This document shows positions 42,531 through 50,737 of a stretch of 64,000 bases of DNA, piece after piece. The notes below the pieces were generated by a model. It did no database searches. It was given only the letters and a program-made list of their open reading frames with translations, and was not told the DNA's origin. Position 1 is the stretch's first letter; each line of letters starts with the position of its first letter. The stretch comes from Pirellulales bacterium. GTDB taxonomy: Bacteria; Planctomycetota; Planctomycetia; Pirellulales; JALHPA01. The position numbers and the translations under genes were made by a program. Where the stretch lies: NCBI GenBank assembly GCA_033762255.1, contig JANRLT010000070.1:8548-72547 (forward strand). The letters run 5' to 3'.

Positions 42531-44651
42531 ATGAAAAGACTGTTTATGGCGCCGCTGCTGATGGCCGTTATGGCCCTCTCTTCGGCCCAACTTGCCCGCG
42601 CGGGTTATTGCGGCGCGGCAAGCTTTCGCTTTTGTTCCGCTCAAAGCACGGAGAGCGGGACCAGTGGCCCATGCCACACCGTGATGAAGACTGTGCGCGA
42701 AACGGTATATGAACCGCAACAGTTCACCACGTACAAGACCGTGCACGAGACCGTCTACGAGGACAAGACCTACAACGTGGTCAAATATGTCCCGGAAACG
42801 GTTTATAAGGACGTGGAATACACCGTCCGCAAGCCGGTGTGGGAGACCAAGACCCGCACGCACACCTATACTGTTTCCACGCCCGTGTGGGAAAACCACA
42901 CCAAGGAAATCCAGTACACGGTGATGAAGCCGGTTTGGGAAACCAAGACCCGCGAAGTCAACTACACGGTGATGAAGCCCGTGTACGAGACCCGCGAGGC
43001 GCGGTACACGGTGATGAAGCCGACTTATGAGACCGTGACCAAGGAAATCCCCTACACGGTGATGAAACCGGTCTACGAAAACCACACGCGGACCATCAAC
43101 TACACGGTGATGAAACCCGTGTACGAGACCCGCACCCGCGAGATCAACTACACGGTGATGAACCCCGTGTACGACACCCGCGAGATCCCCTACACGGTGA
43201 TGAAGCCCGTGTACGAAACCGTGACCAAGGAAGTGCCCTACACGGTCATGAAGCCGGTGTACACCCAGCACACCAAGGAAATCCCCTACACGGTGATGAA
43301 GCCCGTGTACGAGACCCGCACCCGCGAGATTAACTACACGGTAATGAAACCCGTGTACGAAACCCGCGAGATCCCTTACACGGTGATGAAGCCCGTGTAT
43401 GAAACCGTGACCAAGGAAGTCCCTTATACGGTTTGCAAGCCCGTGTACGAAACCCACACCCGCCAGATCAATTACACGGTGTGCAAGCCAGTGTATGAAA
43501 CGGTGAACAAGGAAATTCAATACACGGTTTACAACCGCGTGACCGAGCAACGCGAACGGGAAGTCACCTACACCGTCCGCAAGCCCGTCCATTACACCAA
43601 GGAAATCCAAGTGGCCGGCGGCCACTGGGAAAACCAAAGCTACGAAGTTCCCGGCCGAGTCATTAACAAGACCGTCCAGGAACCCGGACGCTGGGTGTGG
43701 GATCCGTGCACTTGCAAATGCGTTTATTGCCCCGGTAAGTGCTGCACCGTCCAAGTGCAATGCCCGCCGGTCAAATGCTGCAAGAAAGTCTGGGTGCCGA
43801 CCTGTGAAACCAAAACCATCAATTGCTGCCGTTACGAATGCGAAACGTGCGTCAAGAAGGTGCCTTACTGCGTGACCAAGTGCGTTCCGGAATGCCGGAC
43901 CAAGACTTGCAGCTATACCGTGTGCAAAATGGTTCCCGAATGCCGCACCAAGACCTGCACCTACACCACCTGCAAAATGGTGGCCGAACAGCATGTCAAA
44001 ACTTGCAGCTACAAGGTTTGCAAGATGGTCGCGGAACAAAAGGTCCGGACTTGCACCACCTGCAAGATGGTCCCCGAATGCCACACCAAGACCTGCAACT
44101 ATACCGTGTGCAAAATGGTTCCCGAATGCCGCACCAAGACTTGCAACTACACCACTTGCAAGATGGTGCCCGAGTGCCACACCCGGACCTGCAGCTATAA
44201 AGTGTGCAAGATGGTTCCCCAGGAATGCGTGAAGACCTATACCTGCTGCAAAATGGTGCCCGAATGCCGCACCAAGACCTGCAGCTACCAGGTCTGCACC
44301 ATGGTTCCCGAATGCCGCACCAAAACCTGCAACTACAAAACTTGCCGGATGGTGTGCGAAACCAAGACCTGTGAAGTGCAGTACAAGGTTTGCCACATGA
44401 CCTGTGAAAAGTGCGTTAAGCAAGTCGCCTGCACCGTGTGCAAGCCGGTTTGCGAAACCCGCACCTGCAAGGTCGCCAAGTGCGTCTGCAAGCAAGTCCC
44501 CTGCACCGTCACGCGTTGTGTTCCCAAAGTGATCTGCAAGCAAGTTCCGGTCTGCGTTTGCTGCCCGGCTCCCGCTTGCAACTGCACCGCTGATCCCAGC
44601 TGTGCCGCCGACCCCGGTTGCGCCGCCGAGGCCACCTGCGCCGGTAACTAA
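42531..44651 (+). CDS. secreted YTV-repeat / cysteine-rich repeat protein (candidate planctomycetal wall protein)
   Basis: GAAGGAGG precedes ATG 42531. Signal peptide MKRLFMAPLLMAVMALSSAQLARA. About 17 YTV(M/C)KPVYE-type repeats are followed by about 10 CKMVPECRTKTCxY-type repeats and a CCPAPACNC tail. Confidence 0.85.
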   Translation: MKRLFMAPLLMAVMALSSAQLARAGYCGAASFRFCSAQSTESGTSGPCHTVMKTVRETVYEPQQFTTYKTVHETVYEDKTYNVVKYVPETVYKDVEYTVRKPVWETKTRTHTYTVSTPVWENHTKEIQYTVMKPVWETKTREVNYTVMKPVYETREARYTVMKPTYETVTKEIPYTVMKPVYENHTRTINYTVMKPVYETRTREINYTVMNPVYDTREIPYTVMKPVYETVTKEVPYTVMKPVYTQHTKEIPYTVMKPVYETRTREINYTVMKPVYETREIPYTVMKPVYETVTKEVPYTVCKPVYETHTRQINYTVCKPVYETVNKEIQYTVYNRVTEQREREVTYTVRKPVHYTKEIQVAGGHWENQSYEVPGRVINKTVQEPGRWVWDPCTCKCVYCPGKCCTVQVQCPPVKCCKKVWVPTCETKTINCCRYECETCVKKVPYCVTKCVPECRTKTCSYTVCKMVPECRTKTCTYTTCKMVAEQHVKTCSYKVCKMVAEQKVRTCTTCKMVPECHTKTCNYTVCKMVPECRTKTCNYTTCKMVPECHTRTCSYKVCKMVPQECVKTYTCCKMVPECRTKTCSYQVCTMVPECRTKTCNYKTCRMVCETKTCEVQYKVCHMTCEKCVKQVACTVCKPVCETRTCKVAKCVCKQVPCTVTRCVPKVICKQVPVCVCCPAPACNCTADPSCAADPGCAAEATCAGN
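43101..43472 (+). repeat. tandem duplication of a 186-bp (62-codon) super-repeat inside the YTV gene
   Basis: 43101-43286 and 43287-43472 each encode YTVMKPVYETRTREIN-YTVM(N/K)PVY(D/E)TREIP-YTVMKPVYETVTKEVP-YTV(M/C)KPVY... The two units are near-identical at the DNA level over the first ~140 nt. Confidence 0.8.
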
Positions 44652-44986
44652 CATTGGCCGGGATCGTCCCGCTGGCTTCACCGCCAGCGGGACACCCGCC
44701 TGTTTCGAGCGACCCGGATCAACGACAACCGCTAGCATCCAGGCCAGATTTCGCTCGCATAAAGATCGCCGGCCACCGCCGCCGATCCCGATTGTTAAAA
44801 AAGTTTCCTATCCAAATACCCGGGGTCGTGGTTCTGAAACCCGTTCCGGTCACATAAATCCGCAGAAAATTCAGCCTGCCGACTACTGGCGATTTTGTAC
44901 TTCGCCAAACCGTCCGTAGTAACGATTTTTGCGGAGCTTGCCAGCCTTTCGAAGGATTGCGAAAGGGTTGAGTCTGGTCAAATCGG

Positions 44987-45026
44987 CCCCGGGTTGATCC
45001 CTGTTGGATCAATCCGGGGTTTTTTT
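44987..45026 (+). terminator. Rho-independent terminator downstream of the YTV gene
   Basis: CCCCGGGTTGATCC (44987-45000) / GGATCAATCCGGGG (45006-45019) with a 5-nt loop, then TTTTTTT (45020-45026). It lies about 335 nt after the stop. Confidence 0.8.
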
Positions 45027-45211
45027 ATGCGCTTTTGATAACTTGCGCGGTTTAGTGTATCTGCACAACTGGCATTTCTGGCGATCGCTCCCTCTCAAAC
45101 TGCGAAACACGCTTTAGCCCGAAAAATCGCTGCAATCGTTATAAATTCACTCAATGACCCTGTGCGGGATACCGATAACGAAGAGGCCGAAACCTCGATC
45201 TGCTTATCGTT

Positions 45212-46684
45212 ATGCCAGCAACTCCTCCTCAATCCGCCGCTCCGCTGTGGCTTTCCGACGCTGTTGTGGCGGCGGACGGGTCGCAAAGGTCCGCGGTATG
45301 GCTTCGTTTTTGGCGTCAATGGGGGTATGTCTGGCTCGTGGGGGCCTTGGCCTGGTTTTTGATCGGGGTGGTGATCGCAAATTTGGTGCAATTCCGCCTG
45401 GCACAAACGCAAGCTGCCGCCACGCGTCAGACGCATTCCGAGCTTATGAAACTTACCGCCCAACAACAACAGTTGCGGGAAGCGGAACAAAAATTATGGC
45501 GTGAGAGTTTAGCAGTCCCCGTGGAGATCGCGCAGCGCTTAACGCGCGCCCCGCTCGTCACGCCGGAAACACGGGCAGTGCAACAACTATTACCAGCGTT
45601 TCGCGCGGAATTAACAGCGGCTCAGGCCGAATTGCAGTCCAGTCTGGCGGTGCTGGCCCGAAATGTCGCAACCCCCCTCGCAGGGGATGCCGCCAACTCC
45701 CCCGATCAGTCTTTTACGTCCGAAAATCACGTTGATCGGACCGCCATCGAGCAGCAGTTGGAAAAATTGCGAAGCTGGCGGCAAATACACGGGGCAAAGT
45801 TTCCCGCGGATCATCCCCTCAATCAGGCTCATGCGCTAGCCATTGAAAATCTGGAAAATACCCTGGCGTTGGGCGTAAAAACTTCCACGGATAAGTCCCC
45901 GGTAACTGTCGTACAAAACCAATTTTTGCAGCTTGCCAGTAATTCCCCCGGGAAATCCAACTCAACCGCGGGTCGGTTCGAGTTCGGATCGGTCTTGGCT
46001 CAATTGACCTCCATCAATGCCGCCTTGGAAAAACTGCAATCCCCCGTTAACGCCTTGGAGGAATCCTTGGCGTCGGCGAATGCCCTCATAGGGCAAAGCC
46101 TGGAATCGGCGGAAATAAAAAAGCTGGCGGATATAGAGCAACAAGCCGCCGCGGCTCAATCGCGTCAAATCGCCGCAGCGCGTCAGTGGCGAAGTATCGT
46201 TGAACGCCCCCAAACCGCAATCTGGCAGTTTGACGCGCGCAGCGCGGTTTGGTTGGCGGGGGGCTGCCTGCTGTTAAGCGCCGGTATATGCTTTTTTTGC
46301 CATGATGCCGAAGCTGCGCGGGATTTGCCGGCAAAATCCGACATCCCAGCAATGGTAGACGGTCCCCTCCTGACCACCGCCGGAATCGCCCAAAGCCTGG
46401 GCATGCCCCCGCAGGCGGTTATTTCCTGCAATTGGAAATTTTCCCCCGCCGTGTCACCTGGCATTCCTTCAGAGCCGGTCTTGATATCCAAGGAGTTAGC
46501 TGGCGACAGCCGACTCAAATCCCGCTTGCGGTCCGTCGGTGAATGGACGATCGTGGGTGTGGCCTGTGCCACGCTAATCATGTGTGCGTTGGATGGGGCG
46601 TTTCGCACGCAGTTTTTACAATCGCCGCTGACTGCCTGGGTGGTGGGGTGGCAAGAAGTGGCGAATTACTTGTTCGCCGGGTAG
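45212..46684 (+). CDS. hypothetical membrane protein with polysaccharide co-polymerase (Wzz/PCP)-like topology
   Basis: An N-terminal TM helix (VWLVGALAWFLIGVVIANLV) is followed by a ~300-aa Gln/Ala/Leu-rich, probably coiled-coil region. C-terminal hydrophobic helices follow (VWLAGGCLLLSAGICFF, WTIVGVACATLIMCAL). No diagnostic motif seen. Confidence 0.4.
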   Translation: MPATPPQSAAPLWLSDAVVAADGSQRSAVWLRFWRQWGYVWLVGALAWFLIGVVIANLVQFRLAQTQAAATRQTHSELMKLTAQQQQLREAEQKLWRESLAVPVEIAQRLTRAPLVTPETRAVQQLLPAFRAELTAAQAELQSSLAVLARNVATPLAGDAANSPDQSFTSENHVDRTAIEQQLEKLRSWRQIHGAKFPADHPLNQAHALAIENLENTLALGVKTSTDKSPVTVVQNQFLQLASNSPGKSNSTAGRFEFGSVLAQLTSINAALEKLQSPVNALEESLASANALIGQSLESAEIKKLADIEQQAAAAQSRQIAAARQWRSIVERPQTAIWQFDARSAVWLAGGCLLLSAGICFFCHDAEAARDLPAKSDIPAMVDGPLLTTAGIAQSLGMPPQAVISCNWKFSPAVSPGIPSEPVLISKELAGDSRLKSRLRSVGEWTIVGVACATLIMCALDGAFRTQFLQSPLTAWVVGWQEVANYLFAG

Positions 46685-46788
46685 CCCCCACAGAGGTTGT
46701 TGCCCGGGAATCTAGCTGACATCCCCGGGGCGAGGACCTTTATCCAAAATTAACTAACCAACTGACAGCACTGCCAGGACGCGGGCTT

Positions 46789-48459
46789 ATGTATTTCAAT
46801 TTTTATGGATTAAGCGGACATCCGTTTGTTGCCGCTCCGCTGGCCGAGAGCTACTTTCCGACAGGTACGGCGGAACAGGCGCGGCACACGCTGGAGCGCT
46901 GTCTGGACCGGGCCGAGGGGGTGGCGCTGTTGATCGGTCCGGCGGGAACCGGTAAGAGCCTATTACTGCAGGTGTTGGCCGCGCAATTGGGGGACCGCTA
47001 TGAGGTGGCCCTGCTGCCTGGGGGCAGAATCTGCACCCGCCGCGCGCTGTTGCAAGCGATTTTATTCGCGCTGCGATTGCCGGTAGCTTCGAGGGACGAG
47101 GGGGATTTGCGGTTGGAGTTGTGGGAGCATTTGACGCGTCAACAACGGGCCTTGTTGTTGTTGATTGACGAGGCTCATACCTTGCCGCTAAGGTTGCTCG
47201 AGGAGCTGCGGCTGTTGTCAAATTTTGTCCTGCAAGGGAATTATCAGGTGCGGATCCTGCTGGCGGGGAGTCCCTCGCTGGAAGAACGGTTTGCCAATCC
47301 CAAACTAGAGGCATTGCAGCAGCGGGTCACGGCCCGGTGTTATTTGCAAGCCTGGAATCGGTCGGAATGCCGCGAGTATATCCGTGCGCAAATTCACCGC
47401 ACCGGCGGCGTGCCCGAACATTTATTCACCAGCGACGCCCTCGATGCGATCCAGTCCGCCGCCGAGGGTATTCCCCGCTTGATTAATCAGCTATGCGACC
47501 ACGCGTTGGTGCTGGGGTTTGCCAATGGCCGGGCGCCCCTGGCCAAGCAGGACATCGCCGAGGCTTGGGCCGAACATCAGCAACTGCCCACGCCGCACAA
47601 TATTGGAATCGTGGCCGCGCCCACCCGGGCCGAAGCAACGGCCTTTGTGGAGTTTGGCGAATTGTCCGACGCATTTGGGGACGCCAATCAGCCAGAGGAT
47701 GAATATGAAGGAGTCTTAAGCCTGCCGTCCCAGTCCTCCGATTTTCACCTGCCTGATGACGTTTCCCAGGATTTTCATCCACCGCGGCTATTTGACGGCG
47801 ATTCGCCGGAAGAAGAGTCGCTGCAAACGGAATTTTCCACCACCGAGCCACTGATATCTGGCACGGGACCAGCCGCGCGGAGAACCGCTCCCCCGCGCGT
47901 CACTTGGCACGCGCCAGGGAAGGACCCAGCCCCCGCATCAGCCACGGACGCCCTCACCCAGTTAGAGCGGGCGCACCTGCAAGTGCAACAACTGCAAAAT
48001 GAGTATTACCGTTCCCTGCCTGATCCGGAGGCCGACATGTCGCACCCCGCGCATCCCTTTGCCGAAGCTTTCCTCGAGGAAGAAATTGTCCTAGATCCGT
48101 TTTTGCAAAATTCACTGGCCATCCTGGCTGATAAGCCGCGCGTGAATAATCGCCAAAGCCAGGAAATCAGCCAGGGCCTAGAGCGGCACTTGCAACTGCA
48201 AGCGCCCCTGTCCGTCACGGTTCATACCACGGAACCCTCCTCGCGACAGGTCTTGCCCATGCCGACCGCGATCCCGCCAGAAGCCGTCCATCCCCCGCAT
48301 ATTCACGAATGCGGGTCGGGGTTGGGCACTTCGCAAATCCAGACTTTTGAGGACGATTTGATTGTGATCGAGGATGATCCCCGCCAGCCAGCGCACACCC
48401 GGGTGCGGAGGCAGGATTATAAACAATTATTTGCCCGGCTGCGAAACGGCCAATCATGA
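46789..48459 (+). CDS. ExeA/GspA/MshM-type AAA ATPase with long acidic/Pro-rich tail
   Basis: N-terminal MYFNFYGLSGHPF, Walker A LIGPAGTGKS, Walker B LLLIDEAH and the sensor region GIPRLINQLCD. The last ~270 aa are low complexity. Confidence 0.75.
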   Translation: MYFNFYGLSGHPFVAAPLAESYFPTGTAEQARHTLERCLDRAEGVALLIGPAGTGKSLLLQVLAAQLGDRYEVALLPGGRICTRRALLQAILFALRLPVASRDEGDLRLELWEHLTRQQRALLLLIDEAHTLPLRLLEELRLLSNFVLQGNYQVRILLAGSPSLEERFANPKLEALQQRVTARCYLQAWNRSECREYIRAQIHRTGGVPEHLFTSDALDAIQSAAEGIPRLINQLCDHALVLGFANGRAPLAKQDIAEAWAEHQQLPTPHNIGIVAAPTRAEATAFVEFGELSDAFGDANQPEDEYEGVLSLPSQSSDFHLPDDVSQDFHPPRLFDGDSPEEESLQTEFSTTEPLISGTGPAARRTAPPRVTWHAPGKDPAPASATDALTQLERAHLQVQQLQNEYYRSLPDPEADMSHPAHPFAEAFLEEEIVLDPFLQNSLAILADKPRVNNRQSQEISQGLERHLQLQAPLSVTVHTTEPSSRQVLPMPTAIPPEAVHPPHIHECGSGLGTSQIQTFEDDLIVIEDDPRQPAHTRVRRQDYKQLFARLRNGQS

Positions 48460-49622
48460 CGGCCTCATTCATGAGATTTGATCCCCCCCATTCCGGCGAG
48501 CGCGCGGCCGACTGGCCCACGCGCCCGCATTTGGCCTTTTGGCAGTTGCCGCATGGCGTGCGGGTATTGACCCGTCTTCCCACGGTGGACAATGGCGAGG
48601 CCATTCCCGCCGAGCAAATTCCAGCGAGTTCGCGACCTTTGCCGGAATCTTTCTCCAGCGCGGGCGAACCCCGTCCCACCGAAGCGGAACGGCGATTGTT
48701 TGTCGGTTTAGGCTTGCCCGAACTTCCACAATTGCTAACCAGGATAAGTCCCGTCCCGGATACCACGGCGATCGTGTCCCAGGTGGACACCGGTTGCCTG
48801 ACGGAAGTCATTTTAGAGACCGAGCAAACCTCCCCTGTTCCGGAAGGACGCTCTCTTGCGGATCCTCCTGCCAGGGAAATTACTTCCCACTTACCGCTGG
48901 CCGATGATTTGAATCATGAAACGCCGCGGGTCATTACCCTCGAGGAGTCGACATCGCATCCCGTCATCCGGCCTTTGCTGGATTTTGAGCCGACAATTTT
49001 AGAAATTGTCGAGCGGCAGGCGCGTGGGCTCCGTTGGGAAAAATCCCGCATGGTACAGTGGCATCTGGCGCAGCCGGAACAGTTGGTCGCTGTGCGCTTT
49101 CTCTGGTCCGTGGCGCAAGCCTGGGCGAGCCGCCAGGAGCGGCGGTTGCTGTTGATCGATGGCACGACCGCGGGGAGCTTGGCCGAGTATTTTGGTTGGA
49201 CGGCCGGCCCCGGTTGGACGGATGTGGTCACCGGTCAGGCGCGACTGAGCCAGACTTTGTGCCAAACACCCTGGCCGACGATCGATTTTCTAGGGGTGGG
49301 AACCATTGCAGCCGCCCCACAACCTGATACGGCCGCTTCCCTGGCCGCTATGTTGCAGGCGGTGCAGCGGGATTATCCCGCCACCTGGGTGGTTACCAGT
49401 GGACCATGGTCCCCCGTTGCACAGAATATTTCCCAACTCGCCCATGAACGGCAGTTGGTGCTGCATCCCGGCGCTCTGGGAGCGGGAGGAAGTTGGCAGG
49501 GCTTGCGGCGGGATTTAATAGAAAATAATGTGCTGATCGATGGGTGGATTGCTCTGGAATCGCCCTCGACTACGTCGAATGGCATGCCGGTAAAAATTCC
49601 AGGCAGCATGGTTTCGGCGTAA
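48456..49622 (+). CDS. BY-kinase/ParA-fold-like protein lacking Walker motifs (probable pseudo-enzyme)
   Basis: The start overlaps the upstream stop (ATGA at 48456-48459). The C-terminal half aligns by eye to CpsD/Wzc-type domains (RRLLLIDGTTAGSLAEYFGW...GWTDVVTG...IDFLGVG...TWVVTSGPW). The P-loop and acidic residues are substituted. Confidence 0.45.
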   Translation: MTASFMRFDPPHSGERAADWPTRPHLAFWQLPHGVRVLTRLPTVDNGEAIPAEQIPASSRPLPESFSSAGEPRPTEAERRLFVGLGLPELPQLLTRISPVPDTTAIVSQVDTGCLTEVILETEQTSPVPEGRSLADPPAREITSHLPLADDLNHETPRVITLEESTSHPVIRPLLDFEPTILEIVERQARGLRWEKSRMVQWHLAQPEQLVAVRFLWSVAQAWASRQERRLLLIDGTTAGSLAEYFGWTAGPGWTDVVTGQARLSQTLCQTPWPTIDFLGVGTIAAAPQPDTAASLAAMLQAVQRDYPATWVVTSGPWSPVAQNISQLAHERQLVLHPGALGAGGSWQGLRRDLIENNVLIDGWIALESPSTTSNGMPVKIPGSMVSA

Positions 49623-49735
49623 AATTTGGGATTTTAAGCGAATTTGTCGGCTGGAATTAACCGTTGGGGCGTTTCTGGCCTAAGTTTATAATACCCGCTG
49701 TAAAGATTGACCCGCAATTTAATTGGCTATCTTGC

Positions 49736-50518
49736 ATGGCAGACACTTCCTTTGTTGCCGACGCTTCCCCGGTACACCAACAACTTGTCGCGGCAGGCAA
49801 TCCCCGCGTGTTGGTAATGACGGCGACCTATAATGAGATCGAAAATCTCCCGGCGCTGATCGCCCAAATTCATCAATTCTTGCCCGCGGCCGACGTACTG
49901 ATCGTCGATGACAACTCTCCTGATGGCACCGGCAAATGGGGGGACACCGCCGCCGCGGCCGACACACGAATCCATGTGATGCACCGCGCGGGCAAACAAG
50001 GCCTGGGTACGGCGATCATTGCCGGCATGCAATGGGCGATCGCGCGGGGATATGATTATGTGATCAATGTCGATGCGGACTTTAGCCACCATCCGCGCTA
50101 TTTACCAGATTTGGTGGCGGGCATGGCCCCGGCAACGGGGGAGCCGATCGATGTGATGATCGGGTCGAGGTATGTGGCGGGAGGGGGAGTCGTCGGCTGG
50201 CCCCTCCGACGGCATCTGATGAGCCGGGGAGTCAACCTCTACGCGCGCTGGTTGATGTGGCTGTCTCCGCGGGACTGTAGCGGGGGGTATCGTTGTTACC
50301 GGGTCAGTAAATTGGCCGAGTTGGATTTTTCCCGAATGCTATCGCGCGGATATTCGTTTCAAGAAGAAATTTTATGGAGGCTGCGCAAGCTGGGAGCCAG
50401 GTTTGGCGAAACGCCGATTACCTTTGCCGACCGGGAAAAAGGCGTGTCCAAGATCAACAACCGGGAAGCTCTCAACGCCCTGGGAATTATCGCGCGGTTG
50501 GGTTTGTGGGGCGGGTGA
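49736..50518 (+). CDS. GT2 polyprenol-phosphate mannosyltransferase (Ppm1/DPM1-like)
   Basis: VLVMTATYNEIENLPALI, VLIVDDNSPDGTG, VINVDADFSHHP, GSRYVAGGG..GWPL.R and SGGYRCYR match the DPM1/Ppm1 pattern. ATG 49736. Confidence 0.85.
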   Translation: MADTSFVADASPVHQQLVAAGNPRVLVMTATYNEIENLPALIAQIHQFLPAADVLIVDDNSPDGTGKWGDTAAAADTRIHVMHRAGKQGLGTAIIAGMQWAIARGYDYVINVDADFSHHPRYLPDLVAGMAPATGEPIDVMIGSRYVAGGGVVGWPLRRHLMSRGVNLYARWLMWLSPRDCSGGYRCYRVSKLAELDFSRMLSRGYSFQEEILWRLRKLGARFGETPITFADREKGVSKINNREALNALGIIARLGLWGG

Positions 50519-50737
50519 GGGGCGAGTGGAGGATGGGTGGTTGCAGAGTGGGGTTGGGATAAGGGGTCCAGCAGGCTTTCGCGTGTTATAGAAATAAATG
50601 GCGCTATGCCCCCAAGGGGGTTATTTATCAATTTTTGCTTTCCGCCGATACCATCGGCGGCTTTGTGTCGTCCCCCCATACCATAAGCGGCTTTGTTTTT
50701 GCTGCGGAAGTCTATACCCTTTGCTTGTCCATGAGGG

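Noticed and set aside
42477-44738. 753-aa ORF on the minus strand covering the whole YTV gene
   Set aside because: It is the antisense shadow of a highly repetitive gene (reads HHRV.DLAG... repeats). The + frame has an RBS (GAAGGAGG), a signal peptide and a known repeat family, and the minus frame has none.
50642-50668. Hairpin CCGCCGAT-ACC-ATCGGCGG followed by CTTTGTGT as terminator of the GT2 gene
   Set aside because: The stem is perfect but short and the U-tract is weak and interrupted. This is not enough to call a terminator without 3'-end data.
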